DNA of 63,936 nucleotides, the filler included, from Trichomonas gallinae (Eukaryota): the NCBI GenBank assembly GCA_008369845.1. It is 5 parts of 5 records of this genome, joined end to end, with 100 filler letters (N's around TTAATTAATTAA, not from the genome) between each part and the next. Parts side by side here need not be neighbours in the genome. Positions count along the whole stretch, not along the records: positions 1 to 18,712 come from MRSU01000825.1; positions 18,813 to 35,521 come from MRSU01000827.1; 3 more parts are not named here. One strand, given 5' to 3'. A program made the translations under genes and the position numbers. Shown one piece after another: positions 10,641 to 20,753 of the stretch. Under the pieces are notes generated by a model that was given only the letters and a program-made list of their open reading frames with translations, was not told the origin of the DNA and did not search any database. The first letter of the stretch is position 1. Every line of letters begins with the position of its first letter.

Positions 10641-11372
10641 AAATTTGTTTGTTTAATATATCAACCAGGCATATAATTCATATATTTTGTTCTAAAATGA
10701 AGTCGTTCTTTAATAATTAACAGGAATGCACAAAATTTACTGAAACTTTTATGGATGAAAGCATAAATGAAATAGAATACGGAACAGTTGACTATATTAA
10801 GGCGACGGTCAAAAATGATATTTATCAGGCTTAAATCTATTCTTCAAGATTTGGATGTCAAAATTCAAGACAAGAATGGACTAGATTTTTGTAAAAGCTT
10901 CAATCTAATGTTCCTAGAAAAGAATGAATAAGAACAAAATGAAGATCGAAAAAATGAATAATAACGTACCTCAGAACTCGCCTAAAAACGCGACCAATTG
11001 AGGGGATTTTGCCAGGAAAATTGAGAACTTTTGCCATCCTTCGTCAATTTGCCAGAATGCAGATCCAATTTCAGCATATGATATATATACACGTATGTAA
11101 AATAATATCATGTGCCAGCTTTTCACTATATTCATACTATCATTCACTTTGTAGATCTACAAAATTCAAGATTCTCATGTTATTAAAATGTGTTGAATAT
11201 AATATCTACTCCGGAACTAAAATTAATAATAAATGCCACAATGTTACATCATCAGCATCTAAAACAATAACAAAATATCAATCATTAACCTTATTCATTT
11301 TACATGTCATTTTTCATCAATATTTGACAATGTAAAACGTACGATATGTAAAGTTGTTCCGTTATTTAAAAA

Positions 11373-11816
11373 ATGAGTGGAAAGATTTATCCAGAAGACA
11401 AAGAAGCAGCAAAAATCGTATACGACAAAATCAAAGGAGATAGCAGTGATACAATATCACTGTTCGAAGCAGTCACAGCACTGCGCCAGCTCGGAATAGA
11501 AACAGATACAGACACTCTCTATAAAGAAAACAAGCAATGGGATATTGGATTCGATAGATTTTGCGATATATTCGGAAATAAGAAAGAAGAGAAGGACATG
11601 AAAGAACTTAGAAAATATGTCACACAATCATTTGAAGCACTCGGCGGAAAACCAAATCAACAAGGTATGATTGATATTCAGAAACTTCAAGAGATATTCA
11701 AATTCTTCAATTTTGACCTCACGGCAGAAGATTTTCTTATCCATGGACAAACAGATACAAGTGGCAGCATATTATTCGATGATTACATGCAGATTTTCGA
11801 TATGAGCCACTCATAA
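11373..11816 (+). CDS. EF-hand (calmodulin/centrin-like) protein with degenerate loops
   Basis: Four-EF-hand spacing; QSFEALGGK..GMID and DTSGSILFDDY. Confidence 0.85.
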   Translation: MSGKIYPEDKEAAKIVYDKIKGDSSDTISLFEAVTALRQLGIETDTDTLYKENKQWDIGFDRFCDIFGNKKEEKDMKELRKYVTQSFEALGGKPNQQGMIDIQKLQEIFKFFNFDLTAEDFLIHGQTDTSGSILFDDYMQIFDMSHS

Positions 11817-12195
11817 TCTATTTCGTTTGTGTTACCATTAAAATTTTGTATTTTTGATTTTATTATATAACATTTCTTGTTTTATAACCAAACAACCCCA
11901 TAATATATCATATCTATAACGAATCATTGAATTAATATTTTTATAATTTATGTTAATATAATCTTCGATGTTCATTATGTTAATACTGTGTATCGCTACA
12001 ATATTAGTTAGTTTGATGTTTACAAAAGTTATAAGTTGATATGATTATAAATTATATTTTTTCAATTTATTTTCAATAATGATAACATATATAGAATAAT
12101 TTCGAAAGATTATTGCATATGCAAGTACATTCATCTATAAACAAAACTATATCTTGAAAGTGAAGTAAAGAATTAAAATGATTAACAGCGAAACT

Positions 12196-13761
12196 TTAAT
12201 CTACAATTTTAATATATTTCGGAATGAAATCTATGTCAGGAACATCTTCTGGATATTTCATGAATATCCACTGCGTGTGCATTTCGTCACTTTTTGCCTT
12301 CGCGAAAATCGCGTTTGCTAAATCGATTATTACGAAAGGATCCATGGAAGACAGGGCTTTGCAGAAGCTTGCGGAGACATCACCACCATTGTTAGTTGAC
12401 GTCATCAAGCACGGCAAGGCAAGGCCAAGTGTAGCGGCGATTATAAACCTCAAGTAAGAAGGCGGATCTTCATGTGCGAACAATCTGTCCCATATATTAT
12501 AGAGATCGCCAAGGTTGAACCATCTCCTGAAGAGCAGAAGTGTCGGCGAGAGAGTGAAGAGTATATTCGTCTGATCAATTGAAGCCAGCCATTTAGTTAC
12601 TGGTGAAAGATGCGTGTGAGCTAAAGCGAAAATTCTCTCAGCGATGAAATTCCTGTTAGTATCAATATTCTTGAACATGAAGTCGTGGCCTGTTAATTTC
12701 AAGAAACCATAGAACACCCAGAAGACTACGTTATTCGCTTCATCGAATGGAAGAACTCTGTCGTCGAATAATGTGATTGTTTCATCAGTTACTTTTTTGT
12801 AAAATGTCTGCATCATTGTTGCCGCGAGATCACTCATGCCTTGTATATATCCCACGTCGGCGACTTCGAGCGCATAACAAACGAGAATGTCTTTCAAGGC
12901 TTTATGCGCTGGTCCGTCGATTTCGAACAAAGACTGTGTTCTGTCGGTCCTTCTCACATCAGACGTGATTACTCCGTAGAAGTTGTGCGCGTATTCTTCT
13001 TGGCCTGGAATTTGGTTTCTCCATCTGTGGAGCCCTAATTGATATTCCTTGAAAAGACTTTTTACGTAGTCTGCGTTTTCTTCTTTGGTGAAATTTGGCT
13101 TGTAGACATCAAAAAGATAAAGATAAGCAAGTGGTCTCGCATCATCTGATAATCCATTAACAAAAACATCGTTTTTCAATGCTTTAATGTCTCTAATATG
13201 CCCATTTATGTCGAAATATGTGTTAAATTTAGTCATATCAACTGGTTTTCGTTGAGTTTTTGGAACTTCATCCAATATTTTCGAAATTATGCCTTTTAAT
13301 ATCTGAATATATACCACACTTGTAAGCGAGATGTGGTTTTCGGGAATATTATATGATTTATCGCATTCTAAGTTGATGTTATATGTTATAGGATCTGAAT
13401 TTGAAAGTGTTATTGAATTTTGCGTAAGTAAATAGCCGAATATTTGATCAATTTCGCTTGTTTGTGTTTCTGGGAATGAAAAAACAATGTTTGTTCTGAC
13501 TTCAGGAACATTAAAACGAATTTGCGTGCTATTTTCTTCTTTTGTTCTAATTATCTTCTTTATTAGATGCAGGAAAATGAATATTGGTGCTTCTTCGATG
13601 TTTTGTTTTTGATAATCAAATGTATCTGCTTTATCAGGTTGCCATTGGAATGAAATGATGCCCTTCTGATCATTCATGAACAGCGAGCCCGGATATTTGT
13701 CGTTATTTTCGAAAATGGCAAATCCATTTAATGTGAAAATCTTTTTGCCCGAATTTGTCAT
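12196..13761 (-). CDS. TBC-domain Rab GTPase-activating protein (TBC1D15/Gyp7-like)
   Basis: ITSDVRRTDR arginine finger, GYIQGMSDL glutamine finger, 'IWDRLF'. Confidence 0.92.
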   Translation of the reverse strand: MTNSGKKIFTLNGFAIFENNDKYPGSLFMNDQKGIISFQWQPDKADTFDYQKQNIEEAPIFIFLHLIKKIIRTKEENSTQIRFNVPEVRTNIVFSFPETQTSEIDQIFGYLLTQNSITLSNSDPITYNINLECDKSYNIPENHISLTSVVYIQILKGIISKILDEVPKTQRKPVDMTKFNTYFDINGHIRDIKALKNDVFVNGLSDDARPLAYLYLFDVYKPNFTKEENADYVKSLFKEYQLGLHRWRNQIPGQEEYAHNFYGVITSDVRRTDRTQSLFEIDGPAHKALKDILVCYALEVADVGYIQGMSDLAATMMQTFYKKVTDETITLFDDRVLPFDEANNVVFWVFYGFLKLTGHDFMFKNIDTNRNFIAERIFALAHTHLSPVTKWLASIDQTNILFTLSPTLLLFRRWFNLGDLYNIWDRLFAHEDPPSYLRFIIAATLGLALPCLMTSTNNGGDVSASFCKALSSMDPFVIIDLANAIFAKAKSDEMHTQWIFMKYPEDVPDIDFIPKYIKIVD

Positions 13762-14345
13762 GAAAAATGTCAATTTTTTTTTTTTTGAATTTTTCGATTT
13801 ATCGGCAATGAAAAACTAGCATCTATAAATCATATACACATTATTTTTCATCTTTTTTGAAAAAATAAAATATCTTTTTTTCCTTTCCAATTATAACTTG
13901 ATTATTTCGATATTGTACCTATTAATAGATTCCTATCATATATATAACTCTATATACATTTCTATATTATATATTTTAACTAGTCTTATAGATTAATATC
14001 TATAGGAAATATAGATTTTCGATCAGGGATTGATGCGAAAATAAGGTTAAATTTTATTCATTCTCTAAACGATTTCATATCATTTCAGAAGCAAAGCTGT
14101 CGAACACTAATAGCATAAATGCATATTCACATCAAAAAATCAATCAAAATCAAATTTATAATTTTTGAAAAATTATTTCACAAGAAATGTTAGAAAATGC
14201 TAATGTATGTGTTTAAATATCGAAAAATTAGAAGGAATTAAATTTGTTTTTGTATCAATTTTTTGTAATTGATAAATAATTTTGATTTTCTTCAGCTTTC
14301 ATTGGTTAAATAAGCTAAAATGTTTGTGTATATATAAAATAATAT

Positions 14346-16610
14346 TTACAATTCATCTAGTGGGTCTTTTTCTGTCGCATTTTCAGTAACATTTTCTGCG
14401 GGAACAGTTTCGTTGACTTCTGCTGTGTGCTCGTCGATTGCTGTCTGGTTCTTCTTCGCCTCCAGCTGCACAGCGTAAGCGGAAGGATCCTTTTCGAAGA
14501 ATTTCTGTTTAGGCTTCCTCGGCGGGCCTCTGAGGCTTGGTATTTTCATCGCCAACTGGTTCTTCCTTTGCATAATCTTTTTGACAGTTATTTCAGGAAG
14601 AGTTTTATTATCCATCTTCAAGGCATCTTCGATCAGAGACCTTGATCCATTGATGTACTCTATGACATCGTTGATTGTGTCATTGTCTGTTGTTGCGTTC
14701 TCCAAAGCAGCCTCAGCCTTGTTGATAGTTTTCTGAAGGTCGCTAATAGCACGCGGCCTCCTTGAAAATTCGTCGAATTTCGTTAATGTCGTCGAGAGTG
14801 TGTCTTTGATTAAAGACTTCCTTTTATCGAGATCAGCGGCTGAAACTCTCTGTCCTGATATTTCAACAGCTTGTTTCTCTCTCGCGAGAAATTCTTTGAT
14901 CGTCTGTCTTTCTTCAGGTGTTGTGACTTCCATCATATCTGTATTATAGTTTAATTTCTCGTTCAAGTCAATGATAAAGTTCATCAATTCATTGAAAGCC
15001 TTCCTGTGATTAGACACAGATCTCCTGTATCCTCTGATTCCATCCAATAAAGTCTTTGAAGCGTTGAAGTCGAGATTTACGTCTCTGTAGTTTATCTGTG
15101 TGTTGAGTGTCCAAGATGTTTGTGAAACTTGGTTAATTGTCTCATTTTCGATTGTCACGTTGACTGTTACGTTTGCTGTTAGTGCCGCGTTGATGTAATC
15201 GAGGCTGTCGAGTGTGGATGAGACATCGAACATGAAGGATAAGTATGGCTTGCTTGATTTATCTATGCGGCTTGTTATTGATCTTGTGAATTGAGATAAG
15301 TTGACGACATTGATGTCTGCGTACACTTCGTCTTTCGTTGGGACTAATTCTGTCTTTACCATTGGGAATATTTCTGAATTTCTCGTGATTTTCAGAGTAA
15401 CGTTGAAATCTGTGAATTTTCTGATTTTAACGATCTTTCTTTCGACATTATCTCCTGGCTTGAAGACTTCTATGTCTTTGCCGCCCATTTCGAATGTCAT
15501 ACCGTAAAGAGAAGGTTTCTTGAAATGAAGAATTGCGCCATTAATGAGACCGCTCTGGATTCCTCCGAAATATACAGCACCAAGGGCTACTGCTTCATCT
15601 GAGTTGAGAGATCTGTGTGCGGATTCACCGAAAACTTTCTTAATTGGATCAGAAAGAGAAGGAAGACGTGTGCAGCCTCCAATAAGCTCAACTTCATCAG
15701 CTGTAATGTTTTCAATCATTTTTTCGAACTTCTGAATGATGTGGCCGCACAGAGAATTAACATCATCATTTGTAAGCCAAATTTGCTGACCAAAGTCTTC
15801 AGTAACATCAACAACTGTTGAAGAGGCGGCAGCAAGACGCTCCTTAGCCTTAATAACTGCACGGCGAATGGATGGATATTCGCTATCTTTTGGTGGACGG
15901 TTTAATTTCGTGAGGGTCCAGTTGAAAAGGATATCATCGATGTAGTTGCCTCCGATTTCGTCGGAAAACCTGTAGTCTTCAAGTGTAATTTCGACTGATT
16001 TGTTTGTTCGAACAAATTTGAACAGTGAAAGCTCAGTTTGAATGGCTCCACTGTCGATAAAGAGAACCGTTTTCGTGACATTATCAGAGATTGGTAACTT
16101 TTCGACAGCATAAAGGGCTGCAAGAGCTGAATTTGAGTTAAGGATTTGTGCTGTTGTAATTCCGATGAGTTTGAATGCATTCATGAGATTTCTACGTGCA
16201 TGTGGTGAAAATACTGTTGGCACTGCGATAATAATTTTGTCGTTTTTGCGCTTGAAAGATTTGAGGTAAGTTGTTAGTGCAATAGCAACACCTTCAGTCG
16301 GATTAACGTTTTTAAGTGGATAATCCTTCGGATCGTTAAGATAATAAAATGGATTGTGAACTCCATGCGTAGGATTCTTGCGAATTGCTCTTTCAGCATC
16401 AACTCCGACAATCCATTCGGTTGCTGTGAGATTTGGCTCGTCCGAATCCGAAATAAATGCAAGATAATTTGGTGTATATCTCGAACTTTGATCATTTGTC
16501 ACGATTTCTACTTGTCTTCCTGGCTTTTGCTTGGCGAGCCTCACAAACTTGCTTCCGAAGTCAAGTGAATAAATAACAGACGAAGAAAGAGAAAAAAGAC
16601 TAAGAAACAT
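14346..16610 (-). CDS. ER Hsp70-family chaperone, Grp170/HYOU1/Lhs1-like
   Basis: Signal peptide MFLSLFSLSSS; SLDFGS, IGGNYID, LIGGCTRLP and LNSDEAVALGA motifs; C-terminal DEL retention signal. Confidence 0.88.
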   Translation of the reverse strand: MFLSLFSLSSSVIYSLDFGSKFVRLAKQKPGRQVEIVTNDQSSRYTPNYLAFISDSDEPNLTATEWIVGVDAERAIRKNPTHGVHNPFYYLNDPKDYPLKNVNPTEGVAIALTTYLKSFKRKNDKIIIAVPTVFSPHARRNLMNAFKLIGITTAQILNSNSALAALYAVEKLPISDNVTKTVLFIDSGAIQTELSLFKFVRTNKSVEITLEDYRFSDEIGGNYIDDILFNWTLTKLNRPPKDSEYPSIRRAVIKAKERLAAASSTVVDVTEDFGQQIWLTNDDVNSLCGHIIQKFEKMIENITADEVELIGGCTRLPSLSDPIKKVFGESAHRSLNSDEAVALGAVYFGGIQSGLINGAILHFKKPSLYGMTFEMGGKDIEVFKPGDNVERKIVKIRKFTDFNVTLKITRNSEIFPMVKTELVPTKDEVYADINVVNLSQFTRSITSRIDKSSKPYLSFMFDVSSTLDSLDYINAALTANVTVNVTIENETINQVSQTSWTLNTQINYRDVNLDFNASKTLLDGIRGYRRSVSNHRKAFNELMNFIIDLNEKLNYNTDMMEVTTPEERQTIKEFLAREKQAVEISGQRVSAADLDKRKSLIKDTLSTTLTKFDEFSRRPRAISDLQKTINKAEAALENATTDNDTINDVIEYINGSRSLIEDALKMDNKTLPEITVKKIMQRKNQLAMKIPSLRGPPRKPKQKFFEKDPSAYAVQLEAKKNQTAIDEHTAEVNETVPAENVTENATEKDPLDEL

Positions 16611-16869
16611 TTTTTTTTATTTTTACGATTATTTTCCCTTCAATTCCAAACTCCAGTTCACATCATCGTATTTCACTTCTATATCGCTCTATTATACAAT
16701 AAAATATCTTTTCTTCGCTAAAAATTATCATTTCTGATATTTTTTTTTTTTTTTTCATTTGCAATTTTATTTCGCAATTTCTATAACTATCACTATACAA
16801 CTATCATCCTCTATTATATGTTTCAGCTAATATATCTAGTGTTCTCTTATACTTATAGAATCAAATTGT

Positions 16870-17330
16870 TCAATTGCTTTCACTTTGCTTGCTTTTTGTC
16901 GATATATTACCTGGAGAAAATTTGAAAAATGTCAAAAATTTTATGTCGCATCTTTATAAATATATATTGTAATCAACTTATTTAGTGTTAGGACACTTTA
17001 TGATATCAATTTTGTTGAAAATCATTGATATTTGATTTATTCTCGAAATATCATTAACTATCACTAATCAAGTATTATATTCTATTGAATTTTTTATTTG
17101 GATATAGAGTATACCATCATTCTGATTTAACCTAATCGCTCAGTTTCTTTTATTTGGTTTAGAAATTGTCGTTTTATTACTCCTAGGAAATATGACGATT
17201 GTCAAAAATTAAATGTCGCTTCTTTATAAATAAATCATGTATTCAACTTTTTTAGTGTTAATAATCCAGAGTGCATCATTTTTGCCGGTAATCATTGAAC
17301 ATTATTTTATTCTCGTAACTACTTAGCTTA
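16870..17330. repeat. Degenerate direct duplication, 2 copies, period ~270 bp
   Basis: TGTCAAAAATT..ATGTCGC.TCTTTATAAATA..TCAACTT.TTTAGTGTTA..AATCATTGA..TTTATTCTCG at ~16930-17045 and ~17200-17315. Confidence 0.75.
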
Positions 17331-18197
17331 TATTCTGTGTTTAATAATCTAGAACACCAATACACATAATTGGTTGTCGATATGTAATAGTCATAATGCC
17401 AAATTCATTTTCCTTAGCGGAAAATATTCCGAGAGAGTTTATCGACCTAATTTCATAGTAAGCACATTCCCATATGTTTAATTGCGCAATACTATACACT
17501 ACTGTCAACTTAAATGTTGCACTTGCCGATTTCTCCGAATGGAGTTAATTTGATGTTGTAAATCATATGGAAATATGATGTTTCAATGCAAGCATGGTAT
17601 TTAATGGTTTGAGTGCTGTATATTATTTGCCATGATGGGCATTGATAAGCATAAAAATTAATTTTGAAATTAAATTTTCAATGGGAATTGACATTCATTT
17701 GTAAAATATAATGCATTTATTGTGCATATTCGTTTTGTATGATTTAGGAATAATCTAAGTCATCCATAATTTTTCTTTTACCAAAACTTGTCACGAACGT
17801 GTCTTTTCGTGTGCAAATGGACAATATAGAATAGAATAGCATATTTACATGAAGATAAGATTTTCTTTGTTTTTTATGCAATTTTTTCGAAACTCAGAAC
17901 AATATGCATATGTAGTCATATACAATCGAAATGTATCATGAGGACTCGAATGTCAAATACTCTCTTCAAATGTTTCAGGCATGTTTTCAAAATAATTCTG
18001 AGAAAACAACAGCACCATCGATTTATGCATCTCTCTCAAAACAATTTGTATCCACCTACTTGTCCTGCATGTATATAATGTACGTAAAGGTTCATTGCCA
18101 ATTTGTTTTGCGATAGACAAAGAAAAATTGAGAATTAATGAAAATCGAAAAATGACATCGAAGAACTTCAGTTCATTTTCGAGAAAAGCATCTGAAT

Positions 18198-18712
18198 ATG
18201 TCTGAATCAAGCGGAAAGACATGGGTACCACTCGCAAAGCGCGAGAAGCTCTCTATATTCAGAATCCTCGGAATATGCGCATCTCTTTTTGGATTCCAAA
18301 CTGTTTACACTGTCGTTTTCGGTCTTTTGTCTCCAATCATGGACTCAATCGGAGTCCCACAAACAGCAAGATCATGGATTTACCTCATTGGCCCACTCTC
18401 GGGCTTCATCTGTCAGCCACTTGTTGGCTTCTACTCTGATGGTCTCCATGCAAAGATGGGACGCAGAAGGCCTTTCCTTATTGCCGGTGCTATAGGATCA
18501 ATCGTTGGCTTCATATTCCTGTACTTCTGCAGAGACATAGGAACTGCAATCTCAAAGAAAAATCCGAAGCCTGGACAGATTTTCTTCCTTGTTCTCTCCC
18601 TCACATTGGATTTTGTCGCTGCCAACATCATTCAGGCACCATCGAGGACAATCATCGGTGACTTAGTCCCAAAGAACCAGCAAGTTCTCGCAAACTCAAT
18701 CGCAACAGTTAT
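18198..18712 (+). CDS. MFS sucrose/H+ symporter-like transporter (SUC/SLC45 family), truncated by contig end
   Basis: IYLIGPLSGFICQPLVGFYSD, GRRRPFL, LDFVAANIIQAPSRTIIGDL. Inr TCATT at ~18172. Confidence 0.9.
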
Positions 18713-18812
18713 NNNNNNNNNNNNNNNNNNNNNNNNNNNNNNNNNNNNNNNNNNNNTTAATTAATTAANNNNNNNNNNNNNNNNNNNNNNNNNNNNNNNN
18801 NNNNNNNNNNNN
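18713..18812. other. Artificial contig spacer (44 N + TTAATTAATTAA + 44 N)
   Basis: Identical 100-bp construct occurs four times; it carries stop codons in all six frames. Confidence 0.97.
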
Positions 18813-19746
18813 CATATCCACTTGTGCACAACAAAATCTGGATCTGGTTGTGATGAATGTGCCAGTTGTTTCTGCAGCCTGGCTCAAATGTTACATTGAA
18901 AACAGCAGCACCTTCAGTTGAGAGAGCTTGAAGGTATGACTGGCCCGTGAAGAACTGCGCATATGCATCATTCTTTGCTCCCGTTTCGAATGGTCCTAAA
19001 TATGGGCGAGCAGGCTCAGTTGACTTTGCTTTCTTTGGTGTATATTTGAGCCATAATTCGTTGTCATTGATCTTTTCATAAGACTTTAACTCGAATTCGA
19101 CTGGTTTTGTTGAATCCGAGTATGGAGATTTTTCAAATAATGTTGCTGTGTCTGATGAACCATCAGCGACACCTACATGAAGGATACTGAGCTCATCTAC
19201 AAGTCCAGCTTTGATAAAGCTCCAATTGATGATACCTCCGCCTTGAACGCTCAAAACTTTGATATTGAACGAATTCTTCAATTCTTTGACGAGCAAATTG
19301 AAGTCTATTTCTTTCTCGCCTGCAATGATGTATGAAATTCCAAGTCTTCTCAAGAAATTCTTGTATTGTGGAGTAGCTTTTCCTGTTAAAACTGAAATTA
19401 TATGTGATGCTGGACGATTTAAGTATTTAACAGTGTTCTCTTTCCAAGCAAGTTTTCCTGATGGATCGATTGCAACAGCGTACAATTCTGCATTGTTATT
19501 TGCAATGAAATTTCCTTCTGGGCACTTATCTTCACTTTCTATAACCTTAGGAGCTTCGAAATTAGTAAATCCTATATCAAATGTTCGTCTTCCACAAAGC
19601 CATGCATCGTATTTATAACTTTCCGATGTCCATTCGTAATCTTGTGATCCAATTTTAGCGTTATCTGCTTCTAACATTGGTCCTTCTATCTTTCCATCAA
19701 GTGCAGTCATCATATGGATGAATATAAAAGGCTTTTCCGCGCTCAT
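18813..19746 (-). CDS. RibD C-terminal (DHFR-fold reductase) domain fused to a cupin domain, bacterial-type; 3' end truncated by contig end
   Basis: HMMTALDGKI, LCGRRTF and QGGGIINWSFIKAGLVDELS (RibD_C), then NDAYAQFFTGQSYL..VTFEPGCRNNWHIH..QILLCTSG (cupin). Inr TCATT just upstream of the ATG. Confidence 0.9.
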
Positions 19747-20050
19747 TTTTGAAAAATGAAGTCAACTGGCAAAAATTTTAACAATATTGAAAAATCTAAA
19801 ATGAAAATAAAATTATTTATTGTATATGCATGCTATTTACATACAGTTTTACTACGCGAGTACGAAAAATTCTATAATTTGGGTGTGAATTCGCATTTTT
19901 ATCTTATCGGAATGAATGACTTTATATCAGTCGACCTAAAGCTCAAAATACCTCTATTTGTGCTTTTCTCTTCATAAGGATTGCATCCTCATACAAAAAA
20001 AAAAAAAAAGTAAGAATTTAATTGAAAAAAACTTGGAGCAAAAATTCCTA

Positions 20051-20150
20051 TATATTCATGTACATATAATATATAGGCAAAGTTTGGAACAAAAATACCA
20101 TAAAATCTGGTTTTTACACCTATACAGTTCGAGTGAAAAATTATTGCTTA
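20051..20150 (+). repeat. Dispersed repeat, copy 1 (copy 2 at 50671-50770)
   Basis: TATATTCATGTACATATAATATATAGGCAAAGTTTGGAACAAAAATAC closely matches TATATTAATGCATATAATATACTGGCAAAGTTTGGAGCAAAAATAC. Confidence 0.7.
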
Positions 20151-20720
20151 TTTTATAATAGATAGTTATGCCATAAATAAATAATAATCTGATGGAGAAT
20201 TTTTCGAATATTTGACAAGTAAATTGTCAAAATGTCAATTTGAATAAAATCTTCCAAGGCTTGTATAGAAAAATTTAGCAGAAAAATGTTTTGCATAACT
20301 GAATCAATAACATCAGTATATACTATAGAATATATATATTCGTTTTGAAACTATTCATCTTCCTGACAATACGAAAAGTTTACATAATTATGTAATTTAA
20401 TGACAAATGTTTCATATATATAATTGCTACAAATGTAAAAATAATTTTCTGACAGACCACATACTGAAAATTGATAAATCTCATACAATAATTCTATGAG
20501 ATTTCTGAATAATTATTATTTTTAAATTTTCTTTTTTTAACAGAGATAGACAAATAATTTTTCTATTTTTATTATTTATACACAATGATGATATATAATT
20601 ACAAAACAAATCAACACTTTTTAAGTGGCCAGGATAAATATATTTAAAAATTTGTTTTTCACGATCTACATGATATAAATAATCTATATTTGCTATTTTT
20701 ATGCAATAAATTATTTTCTA

Positions 20721-20728
20721 AACGGCTT
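20721..20728 (+). promoter_or_regulatory. M3-like (Myb-type) trichomonad core promoter element
   Basis: AACGGCTT fits the DRCSGYTD consensus and lies ~26 nt upstream of the CCT6 ATG. Confidence 0.55.
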
Positions 20729-20753
20729 TTTTTTCGTCGAGAAAAACAAAAAA

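Noticed and set aside
8974..11335. AT-rich ORFs such as 8974-9336 and 11009-11335 (also 1653, 2137, 19756, 24964, 52345, 55188, 60761)
   Set aside because: Non-ATG or poor starts, with I/F/K/Y-rich composition typical of translated intergenic DNA.
13745..13775. Similar starts MTNSG in the TBC gene and the 49341 ORF
   Set aside because: Similarity is limited to ~12 nt and is explained by a TGACA motif overlapping the ATG; no downstream homology.
18713..18812. TTAATTAATTAA palindrome recurring four times inside N-runs
   Set aside because: Identical 44N-12-44N construct with stops in all frames: an assembly or concatenation linker, not biology.
18198..19746. Apparent convergent overlap of the sugar transporter and RibD-cupin ORFs
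   Set aside because: Both ORFs simply run into the artificial spacer; they are on different contigs.
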